DNA from: Candidatus Poribacteria bacterium
GTDB taxonomy: Bacteria; Poribacteria; WGA-4E; WGA-3G
NCBI GenBank assembly: GCA_963665235.2
Contig: CAXXLX010000001.1
Span: 928,001 to 992,000, forward strand
Direction: 5' to 3'
DNA length: 64,000 nucleotides
Positions 61,911-64,000 of the stretch are shown one piece after another. The position numbers and the translations under genes are program-made. The notes beneath the pieces were generated by a model. That model worked only from the letters and a program-made list of their open reading frames with translations. It did no database searches and was not told where the DNA came from. Every line of letters begins with the position of its first letter. Position 1 is the stretch's first letter.

Positions 61911-62408
61911 TTATTTCGCCGTGAGTTCCTGAAACAAGCAGGCAAGTTTTTCTTGTGTAACATTCGGATCTTCTATGATGATGCGCGCCCCCCCGATAAT
62001 GTCCATGAACCCTAACTCACGCGGATAGCGGGGCACAACGTGCACATGGAGATGTGGAATGCTTGCCCCGGAGGCATCTCCCATATTATAACCGACATTA
62101 TACCCGCGCGGTTGATAGGCATGCATCAATACCTCAAAACAGAGACATTGGAGCTCATGAAGGTTTAGTACCTCTTCGGGGTTCAATTCCCGCATATCAA
62201 TTACATGTCGATTCGGAAAGATTAAGAGGTGCCCGGGACTATAAGGATAGAGATTGAGTGAAATCGTAAAACGTTCCGTTCGATGTACTTCAAGCCGTTC
62301 AACTTTTTCATCTTTTTCGACAATTGCACAGAGAATACAAGGGACATCTGGACGGTTTTTTCCTTTGGCATAAGGCATTTTGTCTGGTACGAAGAGGTTG
62401 TGTCGCAT
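61911..62408 (-). CDS. HIT family hydrolase (Ap4A phosphorylase-like)
   Basis: CILC, LNLYPYSPGH and SIPHLHVHVVPR motifs. Confidence 0.9.
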   Translation of the reverse strand: MRHNLFVPDKMPYAKGKNRPDVPCILCAIVEKDEKVERLEVHRTERFTISLNLYPYSPGHLLIFPNRHVIDMRELNPEEVLNLHELQCLCFEVLMHAYQPRGYNVGYNMGDASGASIPHLHVHVVPRYPRELGFMDIIGGARIIIEDPNVTQEKLACLFQELTAK

Positions 62409-62426
62409 AGACGGGTCATTCCTTCT

Positions 62427-62541
62427 CAGGACTTACGCAAATTTAGGACATAGTCTCGTAGGGGCGAGGTCACCTCGCCCGCTAAGTCTCCCTCTAAATC
62501 TCATTATCATGCGGATTTATCAACGCGCTGCGTAAGTCCTG
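62427..62541. mobile_element. 115-bp MITE (CAGGACTTACGCA TIR, 5-bp TSD CTTCT)
   Basis: Perfect 13-bp TIRs; TSD on both sides; internal GTAGGGGCGAGGTCACCTCGCCC hairpin. Confidence 0.85.
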
Positions 62542-62714
62542 CTTCTGAAAAATTTAACTTCTGATACATATATAGTATACTATTTGCAGGTTTGTTGCAA
62601 GAGATATGTTCTGTTTTCATTTTTCTTGCGCTTTTTTTTTAAAGATGTTATCATAGCAGCAGACCTATAAAGATACCGCCCTTATAGGGCTAAAGAGTAA
62701 AGGTAAAGATTTTT

Positions 62715-63575
62715 ATGCGAAAAATTACGGACGATGAAATTCAATTCTTTAATGAGAACGGTTATCTCATCCTCAAAGGGATTATTCAACCGGATGAGCT
62801 TGCTGTTATTCAGCAGGAAAGCCAAAGACTGATAGATGAGATTTTGAGCGGCGGCCCGGCTGACCCCTGGTGTATGCGGGGTCCCGAAGGCGTTCCGTAT
62901 TATCTCACCTATCTGCATTCACACCCGAACGACTTTTCACTGCGGTTGCTCGGACATCCTTTTGTCGGCGATTTGCTGCATCGGATTATCGGCCCCGATT
63001 TCATACCGTGTTATGAATCGCTTGTGTTCAAGCTGCCGAAACACGGCTCCTCCGTGCGGTGGCATCGAGATGGCAACGCTATCCGAGAGAATCTCCCCAT
63101 CTTCAACGTTGACATATACATTGATAATTCCACCGTTGATAACGGGTGTGTTTGGGTCATACCGAAAAGCCATCTCTGGAGCATTGAGGAAGCACAAGAG
63201 ATTATCGAGAAAGGGACAGTCAATTTTGACCGGCCTGATGCGGTGCCAGCTGAAGTAGAGCCCGGTGATATTCTGCTGCATCATACCAAGGTCTTGCACG
63301 GCAGTAAAATTAACACAAGCGACACGCTTCGCCGCGTTATCTACTTCGACCAACGGACCCCGAAATGGAACGCACATTACAAATGGTGGCAAACGGAATT
63401 CCTGACGCAACGGTGCAAAATGTATCAACGCGCCCTTCATGAACGTCGTAGTAATCCCTATTCATCGGATACGGAGCAGTTCGATTACGAGGTACCATCG
63501 GATATGCCAACGTGGGCACGCGACGATAATTTCGATCTGCGGATTCAGCATCGTGCCTACACCTACAAGGAATAA
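62715..63575 (+). CDS. Phytanoyl-CoA dioxygenase (PhyH) family Fe(II)/2OG oxygenase
   Basis: F.ENGYL, WHRD, NGC.WVIP.SH and LHGS..N.S..R motifs. Confidence 0.9.
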   Translation: MRKITDDEIQFFNENGYLILKGIIQPDELAVIQQESQRLIDEILSGGPADPWCMRGPEGVPYYLTYLHSHPNDFSLRLLGHPFVGDLLHRIIGPDFIPCYESLVFKLPKHGSSVRWHRDGNAIRENLPIFNVDIYIDNSTVDNGCVWVIPKSHLWSIEEAQEIIEKGTVNFDRPDAVPAEVEPGDILLHHTKVLHGSKINTSDTLRRVIYFDQRTPKWNAHYKWWQTEFLTQRCKMYQRALHERRSNPYSSDTEQFDYEVPSDMPTWARDDNFDLRIQHRAYTYKE

Positions 63576-63629
63576 AGTGTTCATTTAGGTGCCTAGGCCC
63601 CCTCTTAGCCTGTATTGGAGACCTATCAC

Positions 63630-64000
63630 ATGAAGAAATCTACCATCTTATTATTCTTTGTGTTTATTGCTATCCTAATGTCCTTTCCACTCAATTTATT
63701 CGCAGCGGACACAACACGCATGAGTTTGCCGGAGGGTGCCAAAGCGCGTCTCGGGAAAGGTATTATAAAGGAGATTGCGTATTCACCGAATGGCATGCAT
63801 TTAGCAGCAGCGGGAAGTGCGGGCATCTGGCTCTATGATGTGACGCTCCGTCAAGCAGTTGCACTTCTTACCGAAAATACGGGACCTGTCAGTAGTGTCG
63901 CATTCAGTCCAGATGGAAGTACTATCATTAGTGGCTATGACAGCGGAGGCATCTTGGTGTGGGATGTTAAAACAGCCAAACGCAAGCAAATTTTGCAAAC
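63630..64000 (+). CDS. Secreted WD40-repeat protein (partial, runs off the right edge)
   Basis: MKKSTILLFFVF signal; LPEGAKARLGKG..IAYSPNG..IWLYD; VAFSPDG. Confidence 0.85.
   Translation, partial: MKKSTILLFFVFIAILMSFPLNLFAADTTRMSLPEGAKARLGKGIIKEIAYSPNGMHLAAAGSAGIWLYDVTLRQAVALLTENTGPVSSVAFSPDGSTIISGYDSGGILVWDVKTAKRKQILQ

Noticed and set aside
1-64000. tRNA, rRNA, DGR/retron reverse transcriptase, integrase
   Set aside because: None recognised by eye or in the ORF track; tRNAscan/Infernal would be needed to exclude small RNAs.

Overview
Bacterial genomic DNA, probably Candidatus Poribacteria. This is inferred from the gene repertoire: LamG, TPR, WD40 and PD40 proteins, sulfatase, PhyH, and the C-terminal 'V.P..K....WG.LK' motif. 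The most striking region is 2.4-12.2 kb. An ECF sigma factor with a duplicated sigma-4 domain sits among four paralogous membrane-anchored genes ('A', near-invariant N-terminus MLREYFTNRWVIGGF, two classes of variable C-terminus). Three A genes are followed by a secreted partner gene ('B'). A conserved 30-bp ECF-like promoter precedes every transcription unit, including the sigma gene itself. An intact IsrB (IS200/IS605 OMEGA) element with its omega-RNA is inserted exactly between the RBS and the ATG of one B gene. A 104-bp relative of its right end interrupts argB, and an internally deleted tnpB lies upstream of a TdeIII-family type II R-M system. At least four MITE families (distinct TIRs, three with exact TSDs) carry REP-like hairpins, some expanded into tandem arrays that mimic CRISPR; there is no true CRISPR. 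The rest is housekeeping or accessory: dacB, two serine hydrolases, S8 protease with T9SS-like CTD, ygfZ, CBM9-Omp85 fusion, xylose isomerase, adk, aroKB, a 4-gene membrane cluster, TPRs, sulfatase, TPR-SLT, gatB, orphan MTases, potA, SHC-like cyclase, argB, HIT, PhyH. Several frameshifts fall in homopolymers and look like sequencing errors.
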